Assembly (NCBI GenBank): GCA_964396485.1
Contig: CAYNFN010000413.1
Location: forward strand, 1-48,407
DNA length: 48,407 nt
Source of the DNA: an uncultured Alcaligenaceae bacterium
GTDB lineage: Bacteria > Pseudomonadota > Gammaproteobacteria > Burkholderiales > JACQAP01
Direction of reading: 5' to 3'
Shown one piece after another: positions 25,930 to 34,981 of the stretch. The translations under genes were made by a program, and so were the position numbers. Position 1 is the stretch's first letter. Every line of letters starts with the position of its first letter. The notes beneath the pieces were generated by a model. That model worked only from the letters and a program-made list of their open reading frames with translations, was not told the origin of the DNA and searched no databases.

Positions 25930-26967
25930 ATGGGCGACCGCGCTCTCATATCCTACAATGCCAATATAGCGTCCATGTCGGCAGGTGATACGCGAAACGG
26001 AACTGCAGATAGGAACCTTCGTCTGACCACGCCAAAGATCATCGTCGTCACCCCTGTCTACAACGAGCAGGAGGCGCTGCCGCGCTATGTCGAAAGGATA
26101 AACAGCGTCCTCATGCAGGATCATGACGCACGCTACGAGGTGCTTTTCGTCGACGATGGCAGCACCGACGCCAGCTGGCACGTCCTGGAGGACTTGTGCC
26201 GTAAGGACGAGAGATTCCGCGCCATCCGGCTGTCGCGGAATTTCGGCGCCCACGTTGCGCTGACGGCCGGCATCGACCACGCCGAGGGCGACGCGGTCGT
26301 GACCCTGGCGTGCGATCTTCAGGACCCGCCGGAAGTGGTTCCTGAATTCGTGGTGCGCTGGAAGCGTGGTGCCCAGGTGGTGTGGGGCGTGCGCCGCAGC
26401 CGCACTGATTCGTGGCTGCGCAGCAGGATCAGCGCACTCTTCACGCTCTTGTTGCGCCGTTTCGCGTTGCCTGCCGGATCCCAGTTCGCGACCGGCAGCT
26501 TCCTTCTGCTCGATCGCGTTGTAGTCGAGTGCTTTCGCAAATTTCGCGAACACAACCGGATCACGTTCGCGCTGGTCGCGTGGTCGGGCTTCGATCAGGA
26601 CTCGGTGTTCTACGACCGCACCGAGCGCGTCGCAGGATCGTCGAGCTGGAACGCTTCCCGGCTATGGAAAGTTGGTTACGACGCGCTCATCGGTTTCTCG
26701 GCGATGCCAGCTCGGCTCATGACCCTCACCGGCGTATTTACTTTTTTCGCAAGCCTGATCGCGACCGTATACTTGGTCGGGAGTTATTTTTTCAGTGACG
26801 TGCTGCCCGGATGGACCGGACTCATGGTCACCATGACCTTCTTCTTCGGCGTGCTGTTCATCATGGTGGGAATGGTCGCGGAATACCTGCACCGGATATT
26901 TGTGGAGTCCACGCAGCGGCCGCTGTACTTCGTCAGCCGGAAGGTCGGCGCCGATATCCGCAAGTAG
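25930..26967 (+). CDS. GT2 polyprenyl-phosphate glycosyltransferase (GtrB/ArnC/DPM1-like)
   Basis: 345-aa ORF. IIVVTPVYNEQEAL, LFVDDGSTD, LACDLQDPPE, and two C-terminal TM helices (LMTLTGVFTFFASLIATVYLVG; LMVTMTFFFGVLFIMVGMVAEY). Confidence 0.85.
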   Translation: MGDRALISYNANIASMSAGDTRNGTADRNLRLTTPKIIVVTPVYNEQEALPRYVERINSVLMQDHDARYEVLFVDDGSTDASWHVLEDLCRKDERFRAIRLSRNFGAHVALTAGIDHAEGDAVVTLACDLQDPPEVVPEFVVRWKRGAQVVWGVRRSRTDSWLRSRISALFTLLLRRFALPAGSQFATGSFLLLDRVVVECFRKFREHNRITFALVAWSGFDQDSVFYDRTERVAGSSSWNASRLWKVGYDALIGFSAMPARLMTLTGVFTFFASLIATVYLVGSYFFSDVLPGWTGLMVTMTFFFGVLFIMVGMVAEYLHRIFVESTQRPLYFVSRKVGADIRK

Positions 26968-26977
26968 GATTTCTATC

Positions 26978-27829
26978 GTGTCTTTAGAGCGTCGAACTAT
27001 TCGAGTGGCGATGGGGCAAATGCTCGTCGAGGGGGGCGAGCCGGAACGCAATCTGTCTCGCGCCGAGCAGATGATCGAGCAAGGCGCCAAAGCCGGTGCG
27101 GATGTCGTATTGCTGCCGGAATGCCTCGACCTAGCCTGGACCCACCCGAGCGCGTTGACCGAAGCCGAGCCCATCCCCGGGCCGCGCAGCGACAGGCTCA
27201 TCGCAGCCGCAACGCGGAACAAGGTGTACTTGTGCGCGGGCTTGACCGAGAAATCGGGCGACCGAGTCTACAACTCGGCAATTTTTTCGACGTCCGACGG
27301 CAAGCTCCTGCTTAAATATCGCAAGATTAATTTGCTGGACGTGGAACAGCCGTTTTACGCCGTAGGGAAGTGCATCTCGGTCGTGGAGACCCCATGGGGA
27401 AACGTGGGAATCAACATCTGTGCGGACAACTACGCGGATTGCCCGGACCTGGGCCACACGCTGGCTCGAATGGGAGCGCAAGTCATCCTGTCGCCGTCGT
27501 CATGGACGGTGGATTATTCCGTGACCGGCGACAACGAGGTATACCGGGATAAGTGGCTCAAGCCCTATCAGACGATCGCTTCGCTCTATAACGTGGTCAT
27601 CGCCAGCGTGACCTCCGTGGGGGTAATCGTGGGGGGACCCTACGAGGGCAAGAAGATGGTCGGCTGCTCCCTGGTGGTAGCGGCAAGCGGCATACTCCAT
27701 CGCGGGAAGTACAACGAGTTCGCCGGCACGTTGAGCGTGGTCGAGTTCGACATCCCCCCCGAGCACGAGACGGGTACCTTGATTGGGGACATGCTCAAGA
27801 AAAAGCGACATGCCTTCAGCTACGGCTAG
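26978..27829 (+). CDS. Carbon-nitrogen hydrolase (nitrilase superfamily) protein
   Basis: GTG at 26978, 10 nt after the preceding stop (ATG at 27011 is an alternative). Candidate E-K-C triad contexts VVLLPECLDL, KYRKINLLD, GINICADNY. Confidence 0.85.
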   Translation: MSLERRTIRVAMGQMLVEGGEPERNLSRAEQMIEQGAKAGADVVLLPECLDLAWTHPSALTEAEPIPGPRSDRLIAAATRNKVYLCAGLTEKSGDRVYNSAIFSTSDGKLLLKYRKINLLDVEQPFYAVGKCISVVETPWGNVGINICADNYADCPDLGHTLARMGAQVILSPSSWTVDYSVTGDNEVYRDKWLKPYQTIASLYNVVIASVTSVGVIVGGPYEGKKMVGCSLVVAASGILHRGKYNEFAGTLSVVEFDIPPEHETGTLIGDMLKKKRHAFSYG

Positions 27830-27845
27830 GCCTTCGGACGAACGC

Positions 27846-29009
27846 ATGGAGGCCGGACGCGGAATGGTCTGCCGCCGCTGCATCGTGGACGAATCGGTGC
27901 CGGGTGCCAATTTCGACGCGAGCGGAATCTGTGCCTACTGCAAGCTCCATGACGAGATGGATGCGTTGTATCCCCTTACCCTCGCGGGCGAAGCTCGCAG
28001 GGCGGAGCTCATCGAGCGCATCAAGAGGAAGGGTGCGGGCCGTGAGTTCGACTGCGTCGTCGGCGTCAGCGGAGGCCGTGACAGCAGCTACCTTCTATAC
28101 CTCACGACCAAGCTCGACCTCAGACCGCTCGCCGTGCATTTCAACGACGGCTTCGGCAATCCTGTGGCCGGCGAGAACATGACGAAGGCGGCTGAGAAGC
28201 TGGGCGTCAGGCTACTGACGATCACTTCTGATTGGCGCGAATCGCGCGACCTAAAGATCGCCTGCCTCAGGGCCTCTGTCCCCAACGCCAACATGTCGAC
28301 GGACCTCGGCCTGGCCGCAGCGCTGTTCGGCGTCGCCGCGCAGCACGATGTGAAATACATTCTGATCGGCCAGTCTTTCCGCACCGAGGGCATAGCGCCC
28401 CTGCCGTGGAATTATCTGGACGGCAAGCATCTCGAGGCGATCCACAGGAGATTTGGTTCGCGCAAGCTGCGGCCGTGGAGGGCCTCCGATCCGGGCTTCC
28501 ACCTGGGGCCGCGCGAATTGTTCTACTACCTGGTCGTTCGCGGGATCCGTTCCGTTCCCCTGCTCTACTACTTCAACTACGTGCGCGCGGACGTGGACAA
28601 GCTGCTCGAGAACGAGCTCGGATGGACGAACACGGGCGCACATTATTTCGACGATTTGTACCAAGCCCTTCTTCACCATCTGCAGCGCGTTAAGTTCAAC
28701 CTCGACCGGCGCAAATTCAACTACAGCGCCCTGGTCCGAAGCAGCCAAATGACGCGCCAGGTTGCGCTCGCGCGGACGAGCGAGGTCTATGCCCTGGAGG
28801 ACCCGAAGGTGATTGACTTGTGTCTGAAACGACTCGGCCTCCCGCGCGAGGAGTTCGAGCAGATCCTGGCGATGCCGCCAAAGTCGTTCCGGGACTATCC
28901 CTCCGGATACGCGACGCTTTCGAAGCTCCGGGGACTGATCTGGCTGATGTCGAAACTCGACCTGGTGCCGCAATCTACCTATCTAAAGTACTTCAAGTAT
29001 GCCTGCTGA
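27846..29009 (+). CDS. N-acetyl sugar amidotransferase (WbpG/PseA/WbuX-type PP-loop ATP-pyrophosphatase)
   Basis: Trimmed to the ATG at 27846 (27864 also possible). N-terminal Cys cluster CRRCIVDES...CAYCKLHD and PP-loop VVGVSGGRDSSYLLY. Confidence 0.85.
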   Translation: MEAGRGMVCRRCIVDESVPGANFDASGICAYCKLHDEMDALYPLTLAGEARRAELIERIKRKGAGREFDCVVGVSGGRDSSYLLYLTTKLDLRPLAVHFNDGFGNPVAGENMTKAAEKLGVRLLTITSDWRESRDLKIACLRASVPNANMSTDLGLAAALFGVAAQHDVKYILIGQSFRTEGIAPLPWNYLDGKHLEAIHRRFGSRKLRPWRASDPGFHLGPRELFYYLVVRGIRSVPLLYYFNYVRADVDKLLENELGWTNTGAHYFDDLYQALLHHLQRVKFNLDRRKFNYSALVRSSQMTRQVALARTSEVYALEDPKVIDLCLKRLGLPREEFEQILAMPPKSFRDYPSGYATLSKLRGLIWLMSKLDLVPQSTYLKYFKYAC

Positions 29010-29916
29010 CCGCTCTAGCCAAGAAGCCGACCACCGCTAGTAGTGCGAAGTGCAGGACATAGGCAGTCGCACACGCCGCAAACGCCGGTGCCGCCTCACC
29101 ACCGGCGATCACCGCAATAGCCGCAAAAGTAGCCTCGCGCACGCCGATTCCCTGAATGGAAATAGGCAGGAAGCGCGAAAATTCCGTGACCACTGCGATC
29201 ATGATGACGATCTCGGGTGTCAGCGCCAGGCCGGCCGCCTCGGTCAGAATGACCACGCATAGGAGCCACGTCAGGACGCCCACTACGGACAGAGCGGAGG
29301 CGACCGACAGGCGGAAGATGGACAAGGCACCGGCAGCGCTCACGGCCTCGGCAAGCCTTTGCAGGATCGGGACGTGAATTCGGCGACGCAGGAACTCGAA
29401 CGGGGCGCCTCGCGCGAGCAGCACCAAGCCGATCGACGCGAGAAGAATCGCCACCATCGCGATGGCCGTCGCCGTGAATAGCGGAATGACGGCCTCACGC
29501 TGGTTGGCCCATGCGTACGCGAGAAGAAAGGCCGCGGCGTAGCCCGCGGTACCCAGCAGGCGTTCGACGACGAGGAGCCCCACGGCGCGCGCCCTGCCTC
29601 CTTCGTAGCGGTCTGCCACCAGCACTCGGTAGGCATCCGCGCCCATGGCGGCCGGCGTCACCAGATTGAAAATCAGTCCGATGAGCGCGTCAATGTAGCC
29701 GGACCGGCTCACCAAACTCTTGGAAGCTATGAGGATGGACCAGCGTGCCGCGAAAATGAGCGTGCTCAAGACCGAAAGCATCGCGATAGCGAGCAATGTG
29801 CCGGCCGAAAACTGGGAGAACGCGCGCCACAGTGCGTCCCAGTCCAGCACGGCGAGCGCGATTCCCAGCGCCGCCACGGTGCCGATCCATCCAACCGCCG
29901 AGCGCCATCGAGCCAT
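28993..29916 (-). CDS. Lysyl-phosphatidylglycerol-synthase-TM-like (UPF0104, flippase-like) integral membrane protein
   Basis: 307-aa ORF, hydrophobic throughout. N-terminal WRSAVGWIGTVAALGIALAVLDWDALWRAF followed by ARWSILI, typical of this family. Last gene of the long minus operon. Confidence 0.75.
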   Translation of the reverse strand: MARWRSAVGWIGTVAALGIALAVLDWDALWRAFSQFSAGTLLAIAMLSVLSTLIFAARWSILIASKSLVSRSGYIDALIGLIFNLVTPAAMGADAYRVLVADRYEGGRARAVGLLVVERLLGTAGYAAAFLLAYAWANQREAVIPLFTATAIAMVAILLASIGLVLLARGAPFEFLRRRIHVPILQRLAEAVSAAGALSIFRLSVASALSVVGVLTWLLCVVILTEAAGLALTPEIVIMIAVVTEFSRFLPISIQGIGVREATFAAIAVIAGGEAAPAFAACATAYVLHFALLAVVGFLARAVSRHT

Positions 29917-29925
29917 GGATCCTTG

Positions 29926-31059
29926 CTAACCAGCGCGCGCGATTTCGTCGAGATTTCGCAGAATGTAAGTGACCTGCTCTTCCTCCAGGCCCGCGTGCAT
30001 CGGTAGTTGGATGCAACGATCGGCGGCGTTTTCCGTATGTCGCAGCGAAGCCCGAATATCGCAGTATGGCGGCTCGCGATGCGATGCCATTACCCCGCGA
30101 CGCGTGGGTACCTTTCGCTCCCACAACGCATTCATCAGCGCATTGCGGGAAATCGGCGAGCCGTCCGGAACACGCGCCTGAAAGCTTTGCCAGTTTGGCT
30201 CGCAGCCCTGTGGCACGTGCGGCGCCTCGAGCAAGGGATGATCGCGCAAGTGCGCGATATATCGGGCAGCCACGGCCTGCCGCCGCCGAAGGATCTCTGG
30301 CAGGCGCGCCAGTTGCGCGTTGCCGATCGCGGCCTGGATGTCGGTCAGACGGAAGTTGTAGCCGACTTCCGGATAGGTTTCGAACTCGATGGGCGGCGCG
30401 CCGTGGCGCTCGTGGTCCGAGCGCGACATCCCTTGGTGGCGCAGGCGCCTCAGCCGGGCCGCAAAGGCTTCGTCCCGGCAGACGATCATGCCGCCCTCGC
30501 CGGTAGAGACGACCTTGCGTGCGTGCAGCGAAAAGCACGAGACGTCGCAGTACGCTCCTGCCGGCCGCCCGTGCAGGCGGCTGCCGAACGAGCAGGCGGC
30601 GTCCTGCAGCAGGCGTATGTCGCGCCCGCGCAGGAGATCCTGGATCCGATGGATGTCGCACGGCATTCCGATCTGATCGACCGCAATGACGGCGCGGGTA
30701 CGGCTCGTAATCTTGCGCGCTACGTCCTCGGGATCGATGTTCCAGGTCCGCGGATCGATGTCGGCGAAGACTGGCGTGGCGCCGACGTGCAGAACCACGT
30801 TCACCGACGCGATGAAGGTGAGCGATGGAACGATGACCTCGTCGCCCGGGCCGATGCCCCAAGCCTTCAGGATGAGGAAACCGCCCGTCGTCCACGAGGA
30901 AACCGCGACCGCGAACGGACTCTCGCACAGCTCCGCGAACCGGCTCTCGAATCGTGCTTGTTGTGCGCCCCCGACGATCCATCCCGAAGCGACCACTTCG
31001 GCGCACGCCTTCTCTTCTTCCTCACCCATGAAAGGCCGGCTGAAGGCAACGGGCTGCAT
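29926..31059 (-). CDS. DegT/WbpE-type sugar aminotransferase
   Basis: 377-aa ORF. GDEVIVPSLTFIASVNVV, LQDAACSFGS, PLP-Lys context FSLHARKVVSTGEGGMIV. Confidence 0.9.
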   Translation of the reverse strand: MQPVAFSRPFMGEEEEKACAEVVASGWIVGGAQQARFESRFAELCESPFAVAVSSWTTGGFLILKAWGIGPGDEVIVPSLTFIASVNVVLHVGATPVFADIDPRTWNIDPEDVARKITSRTRAVIAVDQIGMPCDIHRIQDLLRGRDIRLLQDAACSFGSRLHGRPAGAYCDVSCFSLHARKVVSTGEGGMIVCRDEAFAARLRRLRHQGMSRSDHERHGAPPIEFETYPEVGYNFRLTDIQAAIGNAQLARLPEILRRRQAVAARYIAHLRDHPLLEAPHVPQGCEPNWQSFQARVPDGSPISRNALMNALWERKVPTRRGVMASHREPPYCDIRASLRHTENAADRCIQLPMHAGLEEEQVTYILRNLDEIARAG

Positions 31060-31063
31060 GCGG

Positions 31064-32068
31064 CTACTCAGGCATGCGCCAGTTCACGGTCTCGGCCTCC
31101 AGCAGCCGCGACGGATCGGGATGGCGGCGCCGGAACCATTCGACGTACTGCGCGAGCCCGCGCTCGAAATCGATAGCGGCGACGAACCCGAGCAGCCGGC
31201 GCGCCTGCCGGGTGTCGGCATGCAGCCGATGCACGTCGCCGGGACGCGCTTTGGCAAACTCGGGCCGCAGGCCCGGCTTGCCGCATGCGAGGCATACTGC
31301 CTGCGCCACTTCGGCGATCGTCACCATCCGCCCAAACGCCAGGTTGACGACGCGGCCGACGGCGTCCGGGTGCAGGGCGAGGCGCTTGAGCGCATCGGCG
31401 GTCTCGGTGACATAGGTGAAATCCCGCCCCGCCGTCCCGTCGCCAAAGACTACGGGAGGCACACCGTTCAGCGCGCGGATTACGAAGCGGGGGATCACCT
31501 CCGCGATATCGCCCTGGTCGTGCTCGCGGGGCCCGTACGAGTTGAAGGGCCTGGCCACGACCACCGGCAACCCGTAGGTTCGCAAGTAGGCTTTGGCGTA
31601 GTACTCGCCCGCGAGCTTGGCAGCTCCGTAGACGGTGACCGGCTCGCATAATGTGGTGTCCTCGGGGAGCACCTTGTCGGATGCATTTCCATAGACCTCG
31701 GACGAGGAGCAGTAAAGCATTCGGTCGACCTTCGCTCGCCGCGCCGCTTCCAGTACCTGCAGCGTGCCGGTCGCATTGACCTCGTGATTGCGCAGTGGCT
31801 GGCCCAGCGAGCGGCGCACGCACTCCACGGCGAGGTGATAGACCGTGCTGCAATCCTGCATCGCCTGCGCTACCGCATCCGCGTCGAGGACCGAGCCTTC
31901 CACGATACGCACATCGCCGCGGGCGACCGCCTCGGCAAGGTTGCCGCGATCCCCTGTCGAGAAATCGTCCAGCACCGTCACCGGAATGTCGTCCGCCACC
32001 AGGCTGTCGACCAGGTGGCTGCCGATAAAGCCGGCGCCGCCCGTTACCAGACTGCGCCGCCCTTTCAT
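31064..32068 (-). CDS. Extended-SDR NAD-dependent sugar epimerase/dehydratase
   Basis: Trimmed to the ATG at 32068 (ATGA overlap with the upstream stop). SLVTGGAGFIGSHLV, SSSEVYG, YGAAKLAGE. Confidence 0.9.
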   Translation of the reverse strand: MKGRRSLVTGGAGFIGSHLVDSLVADDIPVTVLDDFSTGDRGNLAEAVARGDVRIVEGSVLDADAVAQAMQDCSTVYHLAVECVRRSLGQPLRNHEVNATGTLQVLEAARRAKVDRMLYCSSSEVYGNASDKVLPEDTTLCEPVTVYGAAKLAGEYYAKAYLRTYGLPVVVARPFNSYGPREHDQGDIAEVIPRFVIRALNGVPPVVFGDGTAGRDFTYVTETADALKRLALHPDAVGRVVNLAFGRMVTIAEVAQAVCLACGKPGLRPEFAKARPGDVHRLHADTRQARRLLGFVAAIDFERGLAQYVEWFRRRHPDPSRLLEAETVNWRMPE

Positions 32069-33087
32069 CGCCCGGAGCGTCCTGCCGCAACGACCTTGGC
32101 AAGGCTTGCATCCAGCGCGGCCTGCGCCGACTCGAGCATCTTCACCACGCGCAATCCCTTGTCGCCTCCCATGATCGGGGCCTCGCGGCCCTTGATCACG
32201 TTGGCGAAGTGCGCGATCGTGCCGGCGAGCGCCTCGCGGCTGGGCACACGGGGCGAGTAGATATCGCCGATCCGGTATTCCGGGATGATGGTGATGCGCT
32301 CGCTTTCCGGCTGAAAGCGGATGCCGCTGTTGTAGATCCGGATCTTTTCCTCCCGGTCGAGGTCGTCCCAGACCGCCATCTGCCGGTCGCCGCCGATGGC
32401 AATACGGCGTACCTTGACCGGAGACATCCAGCTCAGGTTGAAATGCGCGATCATGCCCGAGGCGCAATGCATGGTGACATAGGCGATGTCCGGGAGGTGC
32501 GGATTAACGTGGCAGTAGCCGGTCGCTTCAACGTGAACCGGCTCCACGCCAATGACATGGTCCAAGATTGAGAAATCGTGAGGCGCGAGGTCCCACAGCA
32601 CATTTACGTCCGGCTGGAACAGGCCGAGGTTCACGCGCAGGGAGTCGTAATAGGATATTTTCCCGAGGGCATTGCTGGTGTGGAGCTCCCGCAGCTTCTG
32701 AACCGCCCCCGTGAACAGGAAGGTGTGATCCACCATGAGCGTCACGCCCTGACTCTTGGCCAGGCCGATCAACTCCTCGCATTGCGCGGAGCTCGTGCAC
32801 ATGGGCTTCTCGATCAGCACATGCTTGCCGCGCAGGATCGCCTGCCGGGCGAGCGGGAAGTGCGTCGCCACTGGCGTGGCGATGACGATCGCCAACAGTC
32901 CCGGCCGCTTGAGAAGCTCCTCCGCGTCCTCGAAGGTCTGTGCACCCGGTGCATCGAGCTCGGCGCGGCGCAGCCTTTCCGGATCGCGCTCCGCGATGGC
33001 TTTCACCGCGAAGAGCTTCGAGGCAGCCATGTTGCGCAAGAGGTTGGGCCCCCAGTATCCGTAGCCGATCAGTCCTGTCTCGATCAT
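32065..33087 (-). CDS. Gfo/Idh/MocA oxidoreductase (WbpB-like sugar-nucleotide 3-dehydrogenase type)
   Basis: Trimmed to the ATG at 33087 (MIETGLIGYGYWG). HVLIEKPM motif. Followed by an SDR and a DegT aminotransferase. Confidence 0.85.
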   Translation of the reverse strand: MIETGLIGYGYWGPNLLRNMAASKLFAVKAIAERDPERLRRAELDAPGAQTFEDAEELLKRPGLLAIVIATPVATHFPLARQAILRGKHVLIEKPMCTSSAQCEELIGLAKSQGVTLMVDHTFLFTGAVQKLRELHTSNALGKISYYDSLRVNLGLFQPDVNVLWDLAPHDFSILDHVIGVEPVHVEATGYCHVNPHLPDIAYVTMHCASGMIAHFNLSWMSPVKVRRIAIGGDRQMAVWDDLDREEKIRIYNSGIRFQPESERITIIPEYRIGDIYSPRVPSREALAGTIAHFANVIKGREAPIMGGDKGLRVVKMLESAQAALDASLAKVVAAGRSGR

Positions 33088-33095
33088 GTCTGTCG

Positions 33096-34946
33096 TCACC
33101 CGTCCAGAGAAGCCAGTTTTCGAAGGATATGCTCCACGCATGTGTGTGCGTCGCACTCGGCGGTTTTCAGGTGAACCTCCGCAGCTTCAGGAACCTCATA
33201 GTCGCTATCGATACCCGTAAAATTCTTCAGCTCGCCGCGGCGCGCCTTGGCATAGAGCCCCTTCGGGTCGCGCCGCTCGCACTCCTCTATCGGAGCATCC
33301 ACGAACACTTCGACGAACTCCCTCTCCCCAAAGAGACTGCGTGCCAAGCGCCGTTCGGAGCGGAACGGGGATATGAATGATACGAGCACTATCAGGCCGG
33401 CTTCCGTCATCAGCTTGGCCACTTCGGCAACACGGCGGACGTTCTCTACGCGGTCTGCGTCGGTAAAGCCGAGATCACGATTCAGACCATGGCGCACGTT
33501 GTCGCCATCCAGCATGTACGTGTGCCGCCCGTCGGAAAGTAGACCCTTTTCCAGCAGATTCGCGATGGTGGACTTACCCGACCCCGAGAGGCCGGTAAAC
33601 CAGATACAGAGTGGCGTCTGGTGCTTGACGCTCGCCCGGGACTGCTTGCTGACCGTGACGGCCTGCCACGGAATGTTGGTCGCCCGGCGCAAGGCGAAGT
33701 CGAGCATCCCGGCGCCGAGGGTCTGGAAACTTAGCTTATCGATGATGATAAAGCCGCCCAGCGTGCGGTTGACCGAGTAAGGCTCGAAAGCGACGGGCTG
33801 GCTCAAGCTGAGGTTGACTACCCCGATCTCGTTCAGATGGAGCGTCTTGGAAGCAAGACGCGCACCGGTATTCGTATCTTCGCGGTATTTGATTTCGGTT
33901 ATTGTCGCCGTGACTTCCTTATAGTGAATCTTCAATAGGTAGGGCCGTCCCGGGATCAGCGGCTGGGCGGCCATCCATATCAATCTCGCCTCAAACTGAT
34001 CTGCGACCTGCGGCGGCTCACCCTCCGAAGCAACGACGTCGCCACGGCTCCCATCGACATCGTCCGCAAGCGTGAGCGTTACGGAAGCTGAGCCGTCAGC
34101 GTGTTCCGTGTTTCCTTTCCAGCCAACAATCTCCTTCACGCGGGACGAAACGCCGGAAGGCATGAGCCGTACGCGGTCTCCCTGCCGCACTGTGCCCGCA
34201 GCGATGCGGCCAGCGAAACCGCGAAAATCCATAATCGGGCGATTCACGCACTGCACCGGCATGCGGAATGGAGCCGGGGCTGCTGGATCGGCAATGACGA
34301 CCATATCCAGGTACGACATGAGGCTGGGCCCCTTGTACCAAGGGGTGCGCGCGCTGGGTAGCAGGACATTGTCGCCGTCCAAGGCGCAGACCGGAATCGT
34401 CTGAATCGACAAAAAATTGGATGCAGACGCGAACGCCTGATACTCGTCGGCGATCCGCTCGAATGCGCCGCGGTCGAATCGCACCTGGTCCATCTTGTTC
34501 ACTGCCAATACGATATGGCGTATCCCCATCATCGCAATGATCCGGGTGTGGCGACGGGATTGCGTCAGGACGCCTTTACGCGCGTCGATCAAGATGACCG
34601 CCAGATCCGCGGTGGACGCGCCGGTGGCCATGTTGCGAGTGTATTGCTCATGGCCGGGCGTATCGGCCACGATGAATTTTCGTCTGGGAGAGGCGAAATA
34701 GCGGTATGCGACATCGATGGTATTCCCTTGTTCGCGCTCGGCCTGCAGTCCGTCGACCAATAGGGCAAAGTCGAGGTTGTCTCCCTGGGTCCCGTATTTG
34801 CGGGAATCCGATTCGAGCGCGCGCAACTGGTCGTCAAAGATGCACTTGCTTTCATAGAGTAGCCGGCCGATCAGGGTGGACTTGCCGTCGTCAACGCTTC
34901 CACAAGTGACAAAGCGAAGCGTCTGCTTGGCGGCTTGTGATCGCAA
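33096..34946 (-). CDS. cysNC: Bifunctional sulfate adenylyltransferase subunit 1 / adenylylsulfate kinase (CysN-CysC, NodQ-like)
   Basis: 616-aa ORF with a TTG start. GTPase G1 [28 protein letters not shown]-terminal APS-kinase P-loop [14 protein letters not shown]. Confidence 0.95.
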   Translation of the reverse strand: MRSQAAKQTLRFVTCGSVDDGKSTLIGRLLYESKCIFDDQLRALESDSRKYGTQGDNLDFALLVDGLQAEREQGNTIDVAYRYFASPRRKFIVADTPGHEQYTRNMATGASTADLAVILIDARKGVLTQSRRHTRIIAMMGIRHIVLAVNKMDQVRFDRGAFERIADEYQAFASASNFLSIQTIPVCALDGDNVLLPSARTPWYKGPSLMSYLDMVVIADPAAPAPFRMPVQCVNRPIMDFRGFAGRIAAGTVRQGDRVRLMPSGVSSRVKEIVGWKGNTEHADGSASVTLTLADDVDGSRGDVVASEGEPPQVADQFEARLIWMAAQPLIPGRPYLLKIHYKEVTATITEIKYREDTNTGARLASKTLHLNEIGVVNLSLSQPVAFEPYSVNRTLGGFIIIDKLSFQTLGAGMLDFALRRATNIPWQAVTVSKQSRASVKHQTPLCIWFTGLSGSGKSTIANLLEKGLLSDGRHTYMLDGDNVRHGLNRDLGFTDADRVENVRRVAEVAKLMTEAGLIVLVSFISPFRSERRLARSLFGEREFVEVFVDAPIEECERRDPKGLYAKARRGELKNFTGIDSDYEVPEAAEVHLKTAECDAHTCVEHILRKLASLDG

Positions 34947-34981
34947 GAGGGCGGCGATGCCGCCGGGGGCGGGGCGGATGC

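Noticed and set aside
29690-31651. Long overlapping ORFs on both strands: 29690-31006(-) 438 aa, 30007-31176(+) 389 aa, 30686-31651(+) 321 aa, 31068-32111(-) 347 aa.
   Set aside because: Their translations are Arg/Ala/Pro/Gly-rich low-complexity strings with no recognisable motifs. They overlap frames that carry clear DegT and SDR signatures. These are typical shadow ORFs of GC-rich DNA.
31064-32467. N-terminally extended versions of several ORF-track entries: 31064-32467, 39752-40762, 44390-45472, 47672-48382, 12141-13472, 34982-35923, 32065-33156, 22053-22682, 22463-23779, 24949-25917, 26900-27829 and 27783-29009.
   Set aside because: The extensions run through the upstream gene and are Arg/Pro/Gly-rich. 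They precede an internal ATG/GTG that sits exactly at an ATGA-type overlap or a few nt after the upstream stop, and that begins the conserved fold (e.g. GxxGxxG at residues 5-15). Trimmed coordinates are reported instead.
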